From Chiloscyllium plagiosum (Eukaryota): DNA of 64,000 nt. Location of the stretch: positions 6,313,277 through 6,377,276 of the forward strand of contig NC_057753.1 of assembly GCF_004010195.1 (NCBI RefSeq). Direction: 5' to 3'. Position 1 is the first letter of the stretch. Every line of letters starts with the position of its first letter. The notes beneath the pieces are model-generated. The model was not told where the DNA came from and searched no databases. It was given only the letters and a program-made list of their open reading frames with translations. Positions 25,015 through 38,455 of this stretch are shown one piece after another. The position numbers were made by a program, and so were the translations under genes.

Positions 25015-25420
25015 TTAGACACTGTTGAGTGGTCTTATAGCGGTTTACAAATTCATGAGGAACACAGATAATGTGAAAAACCGATGACACTTTTTGTTCC
25101 AAGAGAAGGGGTGTCCAAACCTGAGGGTATTGGGGTAGGGTGGGTGGGGAATAGACTTAAGAACAGTGGAGAAATGTTTAAAAGGACTTGATGGAAAACA
25201 GAGTGTGGTGTGTGCGTCAAATGAGTGCGAGACGAAATGGTAGACGCGGGTACATTTGCAACATTTAAAAGACATTTTGGTAGGTAGAGAAAAAGGATCC
25301 ACTCAGAGATATATGGGTCGAACGTAGGCATATGTTGCTGGTCAGATTAGAATAACCGATTGACAAGGAGCAGTTGTGTAAAAGGGTCTGTTTCCATGCT
25401 GTATAAAACTATGACAGTCT
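25015..25420 (+). mobile_element. CR1 LINE 3' end, decayed
   Basis: gtttacaaattcatgagg..acatttgcaacatttaaaagacattttgg..aagggtctgtttccatgctgtata. Confidence 0.75.
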
Positions 25421-25699
25421 TTATAATAAGGTGACAATGTGACTCAGAAGGTTGATTGGTAAAAGTCGATTCGGCATTAGGGACACATGATTACAGGTGA
25501 ACAAGAAATGGGACACCAATATTCAAGGGTGCACAGCACTGTGAAACTATAGGTAGTATGAGAAAACAGATTGACTATTTATTGTTAACAAAGTCAGTCC
25601 GGAAAAAATAAACAGTATTTGATGTCAGATTATGAAGTGGAATCAGTAAGAATGCAACTGATCAAGTATCAGAAAGTGAGAGAGCATTTTTCAGGCCCC

Positions 25700-26130
25700 C
25701 GTCGTCATTGCTTGGGTTTGGCCCATACCCCTCTAAACCTTTCTTTTTCATGCACTGTCCCAAATGCATTTTAACTGTTGTAGTTGCATGCACTTCTACC
25801 ACTGCCTGTGACAGCTCATTCCATCTACCCATCACCCTCTGCGTGAAAATCTTGCTGCTCAGATCCAGTTTGAGTGTGTTCCCTCACAGATTAATCTATG
25901 CGTTCCTATTTTGTGCACGCCAGACTTGAAAACAAAAGTTGACTTTGTACTTGTCTACACCCCTCGTAATTTTATAAATATCTATGCAATCACCCCTCGG
26001 CCTCCGATACTCCAAGAAAAAGAAGAGTCCCCACCTTTGCAGTCTTTCTTTATGCCTCAATTACCACAGTCCTGGGAACATACTCATATTTCTCTTGAAC
26101 CCTTTCTATTTTACTTTTACGTCTTGTGAG
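25700..26130 (-). mobile_element. CR1 LINE 3' end, decayed
   Basis: tttggcccatacccctctaaacctttc..ccaaatgcattttaactgttgtagtt..caccctctgcgtgaaaa. Confidence 0.75.
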
Positions 26131-26149
26131 AAATATGGAGTTTATTGCG

Positions 26150-26402
26150 TACTGATGACCAATAAACCATGAACAATGTCAAGAAAAACCCATACGTCTC
26201 AAAAATGTCCATTAGTGAAGATCATCCGCCATCCTCACCTCGTCTGTCCTACATGTGACTCCAAACTCACATCAATATTTTTGACTCTCAACTGCCCTCT
26301 GAAATAGCATAACAAGCCACTCCGTTGAAGGCAGCTAGGGATGGGCATGGGCAATAAATGCTCGTCAGCCAGAAACACCACAAATCCCGTGTGAATATAA
26401 AG
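26150..26402 (+). mobile_element. Second-family SINE body and tail
   Basis: gccatcctcacctcgtctgtcctacatgtgactcca..ctagggatgggca..ataaatgc..atcccgtgtgaatataaa. Confidence 0.7.
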
Positions 26403-27499
26403 TAATCGATTCGGATGAACTCCAATGGAACCGTGCTGTGATTGGGGCCTATCCTGCCTCCAGGTTTATGCACTGTGCTTTAAATTAACGGACAGAGACA
26501 ATGACATCGATTGGGTGAAGGCAATTTCAAAACCAAAGAGAAAAGTGCAGCTTGGTGATGTGGATGAAGAAAAGCAGCAAAGAAGAGGAAAAGAAAGAGT
26601 TGAACTAAAATTGTAGCATAGTTAATACGATTGTGGCAGGAATGTTGGCTAACAAGTAAATTAAAGAGTTTTGCTACTGTACAGATGACATCTCTGCAAT
26701 AGAATAGATGGATTTTTGAAACAGAGCTGAATATGACAAATGTTATCATCAAGAAGACGTGGTTACAGGGTGAACAGAAGGTGGAAAATACGTATTCAAA
26801 GGTACACAACATCGCGGAGGGACAAGCAGAATGGAAAGCAGGTCGGTAAAACCTGACAGTAATGATAACAAGATTACTACAGAGGAAGCTGTTAGCCACA
26901 GATTAGGAAGTTGAATAGGTATGAATGCGAATTAATAGTAATACTCTGAGTTAAATCAGAAGTAATGCCTTTTCCATGAGTTTTAAAAGAGAACTGCCGA
27001 AGGTAACCACTGCAAACAGAATGGAACGCATGGCTGTACTTGACAAGTGGAATAAATATGAAAGGACAAGTGGAATAAATATGAAAGAACAACTTAACAT
27101 ATTGAACATTCCATTGAACCATTCAAGAATGCAAACAAAAATAAGTTCTGATCTGTGTATCAGCCAGGACGTAACAGATTATATTCCATGAAGAGAAGAT
27201 TAGAAAACCACCAAAACGCCTAACAATCCTCGGCAGAGAGAATGTCTTAGAAACTGACAAGAGGCTTGTAAAAGGTAAAGGTAGGTGCTTAAGGAATCAC
27301 AAATGCTTTCCTAGAGAAAGAGTGCAGATGGAAAAGGAAACATTCTTTGCCAGGAACAAGGAGCGTTGAAGGTGCTGGGGATGGCGGCAGAAGTTTGGGT
27401 AAGGGCATGAGCAATGTTCTGAAGTCCGCATGGTATTCTGTAGGTGGAGTTGCTTGCAGGAGTTAAAAGCGTAGATCAAAAATAAAATCCTGACAGTGT

Positions 27500-27828
27500 G
27501 AAATGGACCATGAGTCACAACATGCCCAGACAGACCCTCCAAAGAGTAATCCATATGAACCCTTCCTCTACGGTTTTAAACTATGCTTACTCATGACTAA
27601 TGCACCAACTGCACATCCACGAAATCTATGGGCAATTTAACATGGCCAATTCAGATAAACTGCACATGTTTCGATTGTGGAGGAAACCGCAGCACCTGGA
27701 GAAAACACACACAGACAAGGGGAGAAAGTGCAAACTGCATACAGACAGTCCCCCTAAGCTGAAATCAAACCATCATCCCTGTTACTGTGAGGCAGCTGTG
27801 CGAACCACTGAGCAACCATGCCACGCCC
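27500..27828 (-). mobile_element. HE1-type SINE, degenerate
   Basis: gggcaatttaacatggccaattca..ctgcacatgtttcgattgtggaggaaaccgcagcacctggag..aaccactgagcaacc. Confidence 0.8.
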
Positions 27829-27899
27829 GTGTTCGGGAGGAAAATAAGCACTTTATGTTATTAATTCATGGGAGATCGCTGTCACTGACTGGTCTCCCA

Positions 27900-28190
27900 G
27901 AGGGTAGTTAAGGAACAGAAATATTACTGTGGAGTCACATGCATCCAGACCTGGTAAGAATGTCAGTTGTTCTTCCCAAAATGTCATTTGTGAATGAGAT
28001 GACCTTTTTTATTCAGTAATCATCAATGATTTTATGGCTCATCATTGGATATTTTGTTCCAGATTATTTTTATCGTTTTCATATTCCACCACTCATAATG
28101 GCGGGATTGAAGCCCATATAGCCAGACCATTAATTGGGTTAGTGGATTAGTCGTCGAGCAATAATATCACTTGGCAATCGCCTGCCCAGA
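27900..28190 (-). mobile_element. Second-family SINE, degenerate
   Basis: ggagtcacatgcatccagacctggtaagaatgtcag is the reverse complement of the core at 26225-26262. Confidence 0.6.
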
Positions 28191-28629
28191 TCTGGAGTGT
28201 TACAAGACATACACATTGTGTGAATCAAAGTAGATTTCAGAGATGAAATGTGTCAAATGTGTTTGACGTATACTGGAGATAAGCAGACCATGAGGTGCTT
28301 CAGCAAGTTAGATCTTGTGAGGAGCTGTGCGAGCACGGAGATATGAAGGCTTTTATTTAATTTCAGATTAATGAATATTTTAGGGACTTGAGGAAGATAC
28401 AATGATAAAGGAGCATTCTGGTGCTTGAGGAAGAGATACAAGCACGTACACTCGTAAACGAACATTTATAGAGCTCACGACTAAGCAGAATAAAATTAAT
28501 TTCCACATTCACGTCAGGTGTGTTTGGCATTACTCGTCAAACCTTAATAGGCTATAAACCTGATCTCCAAACAGAACGACCGTTTACAATTCATTAAAAT
28601 CAGATCATCACAAACCAAAGACGATGCTT

Positions 28630-28985
28630 TATTAAATGGATTCACAGGATGATTGTGTGGCTGTCTAGGTCACCAATCATTGCCATCCCTAATTGTTCGG
28701 AAGCAGGCAGGTGTCATCCACATTGCTGTGCGCCTGGATTCACATCTACTCCAAACCACATAAGGATGGAAGTTTAATTCTTGAAAGTGCATGAGAAAAT
28801 TAGAGAGTTTCATGTTTTACCAATACATGACAATGATTTCATTGCGATCACCAGACTCTTGATTCCAGGTTCATATTGAAGTCAAATGTCATTATCTGCC
28901 GTGGCAGGATTCGAATCCCCCTTGACATCACCTGTGAAGTTGGTTTTACAATTCCACGATAATATCACGAGGACATCATCTCCTC
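28630..28985 (-). mobile_element. Second-family SINE, degenerate
   Basis: attgccatccctaattg..ccacattgctgtg..tctgccgtggcaggattcgaatcc, the last part being the reverse complement of a B-box. Confidence 0.65.
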
Positions 28986-29309
28986 AGTAATAGAACATTG
29001 ACAATGTGAAGTACACAGCTTAAATAGAAGCTCCCTTGATACCATTGACCATTTGTAATTCACAAGTTATAGTCGAGCATTTCATTCAGAAATAGTTGTG
29101 TGCATATAACAGGTTAGATGCAAGCTATAAAATAAAATCAAGAACTTTTAATGCAGAAGATTTTAAACAAAACCAGCAATAATTTATGAAGAATTTGAGT
29201 AGGTCTGGCGTTGTCTCTGAAGAAAATTATGTTTTGCAGAAAGGAAAGGCACGGAAATAAAAAGCACACAGGCACGCCTAACCGTTTGCAAAGTCAATTT
29301 CCCTCAACG

Positions 29310-30440
29310 AAATTAAAATTAGCTCTGCAGATAGAAATGAAAATTTCGAGTCCATATGGTAAAATGCAGCTACTCAGACAGAAATGGCTATGCTGCACAA
29401 AATACAAAACAACTCTCTACATAGAACTGACCATTCACAATCTGTAGGATTAACTAGCTACTCAGTTAACTACATATTCACAGTTCGCAAGATAAATTAA
29501 AGCTGCCCACTTTGTGTCGACTATTCTCAGGTTACCAGTGGAGAACCAACTTCACTGACTTAACCAACGATTCAATTCCACAATTTGCATCCAAACACCA
29601 TGCGTATTTTTATATGCAGAGTTCACCGGATGAAATCAACTCCCTAGACAAAGCTTACCATTCGCAGTTCGGAGGGCAAACCCCGACAAAACCGGGTAGC
29701 TCAGACACACCCCGACAAAACCGGGTAGCAACACTCAACTGACCATTTACAATACGCAAGCTAACACTCAGCTCACGACAACATACTGAGTGCACTTTTC
29801 CACAAGATAAGAACGAGCTTCGTGCATTGCACACGATGAAAGTCAGCTTTCCACGAAGGGCTGACAGTTCCCGACCCCTGGAAGACGTATAAGCTCCACA
29901 CAAACTGAACAAAGGACACAACATAAAAATCAGCGTGCTGCAGATCACAAAACTAAATATATCAGGTATCCACAGCGTAGATTTAACATCCCCACATAGA
30001 ACTCGCCATCTGAACACACAGTTTCAAAACAGCTCCCGCACAGGACTAGCCATCTGGAGCTACCAGGTTGAAAACAACTCCCCACAGAAGTCTGACCATC
30101 TGCAGTCTGCATGCTAACAACTGTGAACACTGAGCGATCGCATCAGTGAATTCACAAAACAAAAAGAAAGTGCCACATTCCGCATACAAAACCGAATATT
30201 TGCACTCCTATTCCCTCTCTGAAATATTGCAAAAAAGGCTTCCCACACTTAAGTAATAGTTTGCAACCGCATAATAAAATTATTCTCACGATACAACACG
30301 CAAACTAAACTGGTCACTCACAATTCTGAAATAAAAGAAACACGACTCCATATACAGAACTGGCATTTACATTTTCACAGTATGAAAACAAACTTCCAAA
30401 ACACAGAACGGACACTTTGCAAACAAATGGAGTTTAAAAT
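29310..30440. repeat. Highly diverged, about 43-45-bp tandem array
   Basis: Recurrent aacagctcccacaNagaactgaccattcaca; anchors at 29433/29476 and 29986/30028/30073. Confidence 0.6.
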
Positions 30441-30939
30441 GCAATAGCATTTCACATAATGCATGCCCATGGTCCACAAGACACGAGTTAGGGCCACTAT
30501 AGAATTGTCTTCAGTTGCCTAGTAGGTCATCTCTCCAGCAATATCAACTAACTTGACACCATCCAAAATAAAGTAGAATACAATTAATCAACTTCAGTAT
30601 TGATAGAGTTCATCACTAACACAGTGACGTCAGTGTCTCCTATCTACAAGAAGCAGTGAATCAATAATTTTCTTTCAATACAACTTTAGAAAGCTAGAAT
30701 CACAACCTAACAGAAAGAAGGTAAAGGTGCAAGGCACCGCCAGGATCTGAAAGAATGCATTTAAGCCATGCTCCAGCCTATCAACATTGTAGCTGTTCAT
30801 GCACCCAAATTATTGCAGTGTGTAAGGAAGGCAATTCTCCACGACCGTTTCCTGGAATTTGGAAATTGGAAATACACGTTGGCGCCGACAGTAATGCCCG
30901 CATGCTGTGAATGAACACAAATTAAGAGTGTTTATGGCT

Positions 30940-31358
30940 CTTCTAACACTCTTTGTAACTTTGTTCACCAACTCCACGAATCTCGCGTTCTCATGGATTT
31001 CTGCCATAAACAAACATGGAAACACTCGATTCAATAGGTGCATTAAATTCACCAACATAATCCAGGAGCCCTCCCAACCAGTTATAATCTCTTCCAAACG
31101 CTTCCATCGGGGAGAAAACAAAATCCTCAACACAAACCAACACATTCAGATTCAGCTTCTTCACTGTTGTTATTATATTCTAAAATTTTAAGTACAATAC
31201 TCATTTCATGTTTCTGCACCATCTCTGCAGTCGCACAATTGCAGTCCTCGCTCTGTTCTGTTTCCCTAATTTACTTTGTATGGTATAATCTGCCTGTACT
31301 TCACCCAACACAAATGCATTCAATATACTAAAGATATGTGACAATAATAAATCAAGTT
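30940..31358 (+). mobile_element. Rex/L2-like LINE 3' end
   Basis: caccaacataatccaggagccctcccaaccag (IIQEPSQP, compare ILKDPSHP at 20645); tail gtgacaataataaatcaag. Confidence 0.6.
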
Positions 31359-31729
31359 TTTAAAAAATTGTCAAATTAGCTTGTAAATAGCTGGAGCCAA
31401 ACTAGGAATTTTTCCTATCACCCACCACATACCGACTGCCAACTAATAAATCATAAATCACATTATCACTTCGATCTTAGTTTGTCTGATCAACCAAGCA
31501 GCACAGCACCTTCAAGACCTCGTAATTCAATTTCACGTATTTACGTTTAGAGTAGGAAGTTGTCAAAAGACTGCTAAAAATCGAATTAAACCATTTATGG
31601 ATTTCTAACATTCCCTCTCCATCCCAATCAACCCCTCCACAACAGCTGCACAAATAAAGACAAACTGATTCATCAAAAAACAAATCCCCTTTCAACAAAA
31701 AATGTTTCTCCTATTGTTCTGTACGTGTT

Positions 31730-32870
31730 TGGTTGTTTTTCTTTGTTATATCCTTTAACAATACCTCAGATCTTTTCCTGAAAAGTAATATGAGGCTAAC
31801 ACCTGTTTGCTTCAGATTTATGGTAGAAAACTACAGCGCAGTGATTGTGTATAAATCTATGAAAGACAAAACTTCAGCAGTCAAAAAAGGCAAATGGAAT
31901 GCTGCCATTTATTTTAAAGGAAAAGGAGCATAAAACATCGAAGTTTTCCTAAAGTCATGTAAGGCATGTTCAGACATCACTGAAAGTATTCTGAACAGTT
32001 TTAATCCCTAAGAAAACGTAGTTTTGAATTAGATGCAAGCTATACCATGTTCACCAGTATTATACTGGGTATGGAGGGTTCCCCTCATGACAAGAAGTTA
32101 AGTAGATTCAATTTGCATTTTGAAGAAGGAAAAGTAAATCGAATGAAACTTCCAAGATTCTTTTGAAATGGTGCATGCTGACAAGTTGATTTCCTCGATT
32201 GCGAACATCTAGAACCGGGCCACAACATTCGCATAAAGGCTCTCTATTTCAAGAGATGGATAAAAACAGACTTCTTCACGTAGGAAGTTGAAAATTGTTT
32301 GAATTCTTGAAATACATACACCGTGGGAACAGGCCTTTGGTGCATCGAGTTCGGACTGACACTCCGAAGAGCATCCAAAACAGATACACCCCGTTTATCT
32401 TTACCTGCAACCTTACATTCATACATCCCTGTGCACTATGGGCAATTTATTATGGTCAAACCACCATAACTCAATTTCTTCGGGATCACTAGAGGAAACG
32501 CACCAATATAAAAGGAGAACGTGCAAACTCTAGACAGATAGTCGACTGAAGGTGTAATCAGACTCATATCATTGGCTCTGCGTGTGAACAGAACTAACCA
32601 CTGAAACTCCGTGCCGTCATTAAAAAAGAACACTGTTTGAAGCGAACAGGCTTGGTCAGTATGGAGAGTGACAAATAGTTACCTCAGAGGACTAGATATT
32701 TGCATGTATTTACAGCAGGAATTGTGAAATTTTTAATCAGTCATTTAAGCAAGATTTAAATGGAAAGGACACGAAAATAGACTTAAAAATTAGGAAACAA
32801 ATATGATGTCATTGAATAACAGATAAGACTCGATGCGTGAAATGGCTTCCTTCCGCTCCTACACATCCTG
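31730..32870 (+). mobile_element. Decayed CR1 3' region interrupted by an HE1 SINE at 32310-32617 (-)
   Basis: CR1 'SRTGPQH..FFT' remnants; SINE core gtgcaaactctagacagatagtc..actaaccactga. Confidence 0.55.
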
Positions 32871-33009
32871 GTCAGATCCAAACTCAATAAAATACTCCCT
32901 AAACTTATAGTTCTCTTTCGAAAAAGATCATTTATAGTCATATTGGAAAGAGTCAGTAGATAACAGCAGGCACCATGAAAGTAAAAGCATGTTTCAGGCT
33001 CAGCACAAA

Positions 33010-33755
33010 ATTATCGAGTACTACAATACGGACACAGGACCTTTGGCCCAAACTAGCCCATGCTAATCAAAATGCCCATCTATGCTGACACCGTTTCCCT
33101 ACACTTGCCTCTAATCCTTCTTATCATTTCCTATCCACGTGTTCAAATGCCTTTTAAATGATGTTAATGGACCAGTTTCAACCAGTTCCACTTCCTCCTC
33201 ATTCCATAGGCATCCCGCACTTTGTGTATAAAAAAGTTGCCCCTCAGTCTTTTCATACTTTCCTCTTTCATGTTCAACTGATGCCCTTTACCACTCCATT
33301 CGTCAACCCTGGGGAAAAAGACAGAGTGTATTCACCCTACCAAACGATATTTAACACTTCTGCAAGTCCATGCCCCCCAGTCTCCTATTCTCTAAATAGA
33401 AAAAAATCCTAGCTTGTTGAACCACTCGCTATGATTCAAACCATTGAATCCAGTCAACATCCATATAATTTTCATCTGCACTCTTTCCAGTGTAACAACA
33501 TCTTTGCTATAACAATGTAGCCAAAACTCAGTCGACAAAGTTCATTTATAATCATATTAGAAAGAGTCAGTAGATAACAACAGACACCATGAAACAGGCC
33601 CTTTGGTCAAAACTATCCTACAATACTCCAAGTTCGGCCTTACCAGCGTCCTGTATATCTTCCCAATTTCGATACTTGATGCCCTGGCTGCTAAAAACCA
33701 GTGTGCTAAAAGTCTTTTTCACAGCCCTGTCTGCTTGAGACTCTACTTTCTGAGC
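33010..33755 (-). mobile_element. CR1 LINE 3' region, decayed
   Basis: acaggacctttggcccaa 3' end; caatactccaagttcggccttacc is the reverse complement of a VRPNLEYC-coding segment. Confidence 0.7.
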
Positions 33756-36735
33756 GGTGATATTTAATTGCTTCTGCATGAAATGCAATTCTTCCTTCTC
33801 AAAAAAAAACTAACATTTAAAAAGAAAATGTCGAAAGGAACGGTATATGGAGGTGAGCTTTGAACAGTCGTGTAGATCTGGAGGTAATCAAATGCTCGGT
33901 AATCTTTTCTATAAGAGCCACTCAAGGTCACTGGCAGACACACAGAGAGATTAGGCAAATAGCTTTAAATCTGATCTCACAACTTCTAATCTGGGAATCC
34001 GAAACTCCGCTCAGCCATTCTAACAATGCATTCAAATATTAGCTCAGCAAGGTCTCAGTTTCATGCATTTGCAAGTTGAAACCATTTTGTTGAAGTATCG
34101 CAAGGTGCTAGAAGGATGATGAGTGATTTCAACTCTGCATCCATAAAATGCCTAATTATAATATGTTTCAGATTCGCAACCATTTCTTCATCGCTACCGT
34201 CCTGCAGATTATGCAGTTTTCCCCTACCTCTAATCCTGCAGGATTCATCCCCATTCCTATACTTCCTCAACTGTCAGTTTCTGCATTCCTTCCTATTTCT
34301 AAAATTTATCCCATGTTCTAAAATGTTTCCTCTCTCTGGGCGTCCCCTGGTCCCCTAGGCTGGTCCTGCTTACAGAGATAGTGAGCAAAGTCACAATTGG
34401 AAGGCATTACATAAATTAGAAGCTTTGTAAGGCATGAACAAGTTTCAGCAATTGTGAGTCTTCGTAATGGAGGAAGCAATAAGCTAGGGAGGAGGGTAGG
34501 GACGTGAATTGGACACCCAGATTTGGAGATGATACAAGGACAAGAGTGGCAGATGTTCTGAATGTGGTGGGGCTTCGTGGAGATATAGAGGGGTTTAAGC
34601 AGTTTAGAGATGTCGTCAAGTATTGTTTTCAGGATAACACAGTTAGAACGCATTTGAGGTCACAGATGACAAAACATGGGAAATCAGTAGGGACTGGACG
34701 AATTAACCAATGTCGAGGTTAGTAGTGATTGAAATAGTTAATAATTATATGGAGACTGATAGCGATTGTTGCAGGCTTGAGATAGCTTCGTCTTTGGACT
34801 CTGGCAACATTTTTCTGGAGTGGAATAGATTAAACAGATGAAGACCGACCCCGGGAGTGAAGGATGTTAGAAAGCTTGAGACATTTTAGGGATTGGAGAA
34901 GTATAGCATGTCAGGTAGGGCTTTAGGACTTTACAAGCATTGAAACTGTGCACACATGCTAACAAAAACTTTTAGAGGTACTGGAGAACAGGTAATTATC
35001 GGCTCTAATAAAGGATGCAACGATAGACAATAGAAAATAGGAGCAGTAGTAGTCCATTCTGCCCTTCTAGCCTGCACCACCATTCAATATGATCATGGCT
35101 GATCATCCTTAATCAGTCTCCTGTTACTGCCTTAAACTTTATAACTCTTGATTCCACTATCTTTGAGAGCTCTATCCAACTCTTTCTTAAATGAATCTAG
35201 AGACTGGGCCTCCACTGCCCTCTGGGGCAGAGCATTCCACACAGCCACCACTCCCTGGGTGAAGACGTCTGTCCACATCCCTGTCCTAAATGGTCTACCC
35301 CGTATTTTTAGGTTTTGTCCTCTGGATCGGCACTCACCCATCAGCAGAAACCTATCTCCTGCCTCCAGAGTGTCCAATCCTTTAATCATCTTATATGTCT
35401 CAATCAGATCCCCTCTCAGTCTTCTAAACTCAAGGATATACAAGCCCAGTCGCTCCAGACATTCAGCATAAGGTACTCCCGCCATTCCAGACATTGACCT
35501 CCTGAACCTACGCTGCACTCCCTCAATAGCCAGAATGTATTTCCTCAAATTTGGAGACCAGAACTGCACACAATATTCCAGGTGTGGTCTCACGAGGACT
35601 CTATACAGCTGCAGAAGCACCTCTTTGCTTCTATACTCAATCCCTCTTGTTATGAAGGCCAGCATGCTATTACCCTTCTTCACTACCTGCTGTACCTGCA
35701 TGCTTACCTTCATTGACTGGTGTACAAGAACACCCAGATCTCTCTGTACTGCCCCTTTACCTAAATTGATTCCATTTAGGTAGTAATCTGCCTTCCTGTT
35801 CTTGCCACCAAAGTGGATAACCATACATGTATCCATATAAAACTGCATCTGCCACGCATCTGACCACTCAACTAACCTGTCCGGGTCACCCTGTAATCTC
35901 CTACTACTCTCCTCACATTTCATTCTGCCACACAGCTTAGTATCGTCAGCAAATTTGCTAATGTTATTACTAATACCATCTTCTATATCATTAATATATA
36001 TTGTAAAAAGCTGCGGTCACAGCACTGATCCCTGCTGTACCCCATTGGTCACTGCCTGCCATTCTGAACTGGAGCCGTTTATCACTACACTTTGTTTTCT
36101 ATCAGCCAACCATCTTTTAATCTAAATTTGTACTTTGCCCCCAATACCATGCATCCTAATTTTGCTCACAAACCTCCTATGTGGGACTTTACCAAAAGCT
36201 TTCTGAAAGTCCAGGTGCACTACATCTACTGGATCGCCCTCGTCCACCTTCAGAGTTACATCCACAAAAATTCCAGAAGATTAGTCAAGAATGATTTCCC
36301 CTTCATAAATCCATGCTGACTCTGACTTATCCTTTTTACTACTATCCAGATGTGTAGTAATTTCATCCTTTATAAGAGACTCCAGCATCTTTCTCACCAC
36401 TCAGGTCAGACTAACTGGTCTATAATTTTCTGCTTTCTCTCTCCCACCTTTCTTAAAAAGTGGTACAACACTAGCTACCCTCCAATGCGCAGGAACGGAT
36501 CCCGAATCTATCGAACTCTGGAAAATAATCACCAACGCATCCAAGATTTCTCGAGCCACCTCCTTCAGTACCCTGGGATGTAGACCATCACGCCCCGGGG
36601 ACTTATCAACCTTCAGACCTAACAGTCTCTCCAACACCAATTCCTGTCACATATAAATTCTCTTAAGATCAGATCCTTCAACCACTGTTACCTTAAGGGG
36701 ATTGCTTGTGTCTTCCCCAGTGAACACAGATCTGA

Positions 36736-37180
36736 NNNNNNNNNNNNNNNNNNNNNNNNNNNNNNNNNNNNNNNNNNNNNNNNNNNNNNNNNNNNNNNNN
36801 NNNNNNNNNNNNNNNNNNNNNNNNNNNNNNNNNNNNNNNNNNNNNNNNNNNNNNNNNNNNNNNNNNNNNNNNNNNNNNNNNNNNNNNNNNNNNNNNNNNN
36901 NNNNNNNNNNNNNNNNNNNNNNNNNNNNNNNNNNNNNNNNNNNNNNNNNNNNNNNNNNNNNNNNNNNNNNNNNNNNNNNNNNNNNNNNNNNNNNNNNNNN
37001 NNNNNNNNNNNNNNNNNNNNNNNNNNNNNNNNNNNNNNNNNNNNNNNNNNNNNNNNNNNNNNNNNNNNNNNNNNNNNNNNNNNNNNNNNNNNNNNNNNNN
37101 NNNNNNNNNNNNNNNNNNNNNNNNNNNNNNNNNNNNNNNNNNNNNNNNNNNNNNNNNNNNNNNNNNNNNNNNNNNNNNNN
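36736..37180. other. Assembly gap (445 N)
   Basis: Run of N inside the CR1 ORF2. Confidence 0.99.
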
Positions 37181-38157
37181 GTACGCTCCAGCACCAACTG
37201 TTCTAAGAATCCATCTCGGAGGCACTCCACAAAGTCTGTCTTGGGGTCCAATACCATCCTGATTCTCGCAGTCTACCTGCATGTTGAAATCCCCCATAAC
37301 AACTGTAGTAACATCTTTGCGACAGGCCAATTTCAGCTCCTGATTCAACTTACATCTGACATCCAGACTACTGTTTGGGGGCCTGCAGATAACTCCCAAG
37401 AAGGTCTTTTTACACTTAGAATTTGTCAGCTTATTCGATACTGACTCTACATCCCCTGATTATAGGTCCATTCCGCGCAAGGGACTGAATATCATCCCTT
37501 GCCAACATGGCCACCCCACCCCCTCTGCCCGTCAGTCTGTCCTTACGATAGCACGTGTAGCCTTGAATATTCATTTCCCAGAACCTGTCACTTTAAGCCA
37601 CGTCTCATTTATCCCCACAATATCATAGCTGCCAATTTCCAAAAGAGCTTCAAGCTCATCCATCTTATTACTAATGCTTCGTGCATTCATGTATAGTCTT
37701 TTTAATTTGTTACTGCCCTCACCCTTCCCATCAACTCCTATTTCACTCAACCTTACAGCATGATCCCTTTTTGAGTTTTCTGCTTCATTGATACAGTTGT
37801 CTTTCTTAACTTCCCTTTTTCTAACTTCCCCTTCAATTTCCTTCTTAAACATCCAGTTTGCCCCCCCCCGCCCCCGGTTACTTAGTTTAAACGTAGCTGT
37901 GTTGCAGTAGCAAACCTGCTTGCCAGAATGTTGGTCCCCAACCTATTAAGGTGCAAAACGTCTCTCTTGTATTACTTATGCTTACCACAAATCATACCCC
38001 AGTAATCCAAGAATTTAAATCCTTGCTTCCTGCACCATTCCCCAGCCACACGTTCAAGTCCATTATCACCCAGTTTCTGGCCTCACCAGCCCGAGCGACT
38101 GGAAGCAAACCGGAGATAACCACCCTGGACGTCCTGCTTTTCAGAACACACCCACTC

Positions 38158-38455
38158 AAATAACAATCACTTACCTTCCCGACCGGCTTTGCGCTCCGAC
38201 TTCACTTCCGCCCAGCATCCGCCGTTCTCTGCTGCAAAAAGACCGTTGGCGTCGAGGTAAGTTCTTAAATAACAATCACTTACCTTCCTAAACGGCTTTG
38301 CGCTCCGACTTCACTTCCGCCCAGCACCCGCCGGTCTCTGCTGCAAAAAGACCGTTGGCGTCGAGGTAAGTTCTTAAATAACAATCACTTACCTTCCTGA
38401 CCGGCTTTGCGCTCCGACTTGACTTCCACCCAGCACCCGCCATTCTCTGCTGCAA
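38158..38455 (-). repeat. 109-bp CpG-rich monomer, about 2.7 copies, at the CR1 5' end
   Basis: aaataacaatcacttaccttcc at 38158, 38267 and 38376. Confidence 0.92.

Larger units (their letters stand above)
35020..38455 (-). mobile_element. Young CR1 LINE with 5' tandem monomers, partial ORF1, and ORF2 (EN+RT) with some disruptions; spans an assembly gap
   Basis: ORF 35132-35923 (263 aa, RT C-terminus 'LQGDPDRLVEWSDAWQM..LVRPHLEYCVQFWSP'); 36401-36640 'KSPGRDGLHPRVLKE..NYRPVSLT'; EN 'YMNARSISNK..DIVGINETWL' and 'VMGDFN'; atagacaatagaaaatag tail. Confidence 0.93.

Noticed and set aside
35132..35923. 263-aa ORF as a host gene or active LINE
   Set aside because: It is the CR1 RT C-terminus. Upstream ORF2 is broken and ORF1 is partly deleted.
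36647..37399. ORFs of 186-250 aa
   Set aside because: These are artefacts of reading through the N gap in a CR1 ORF2.
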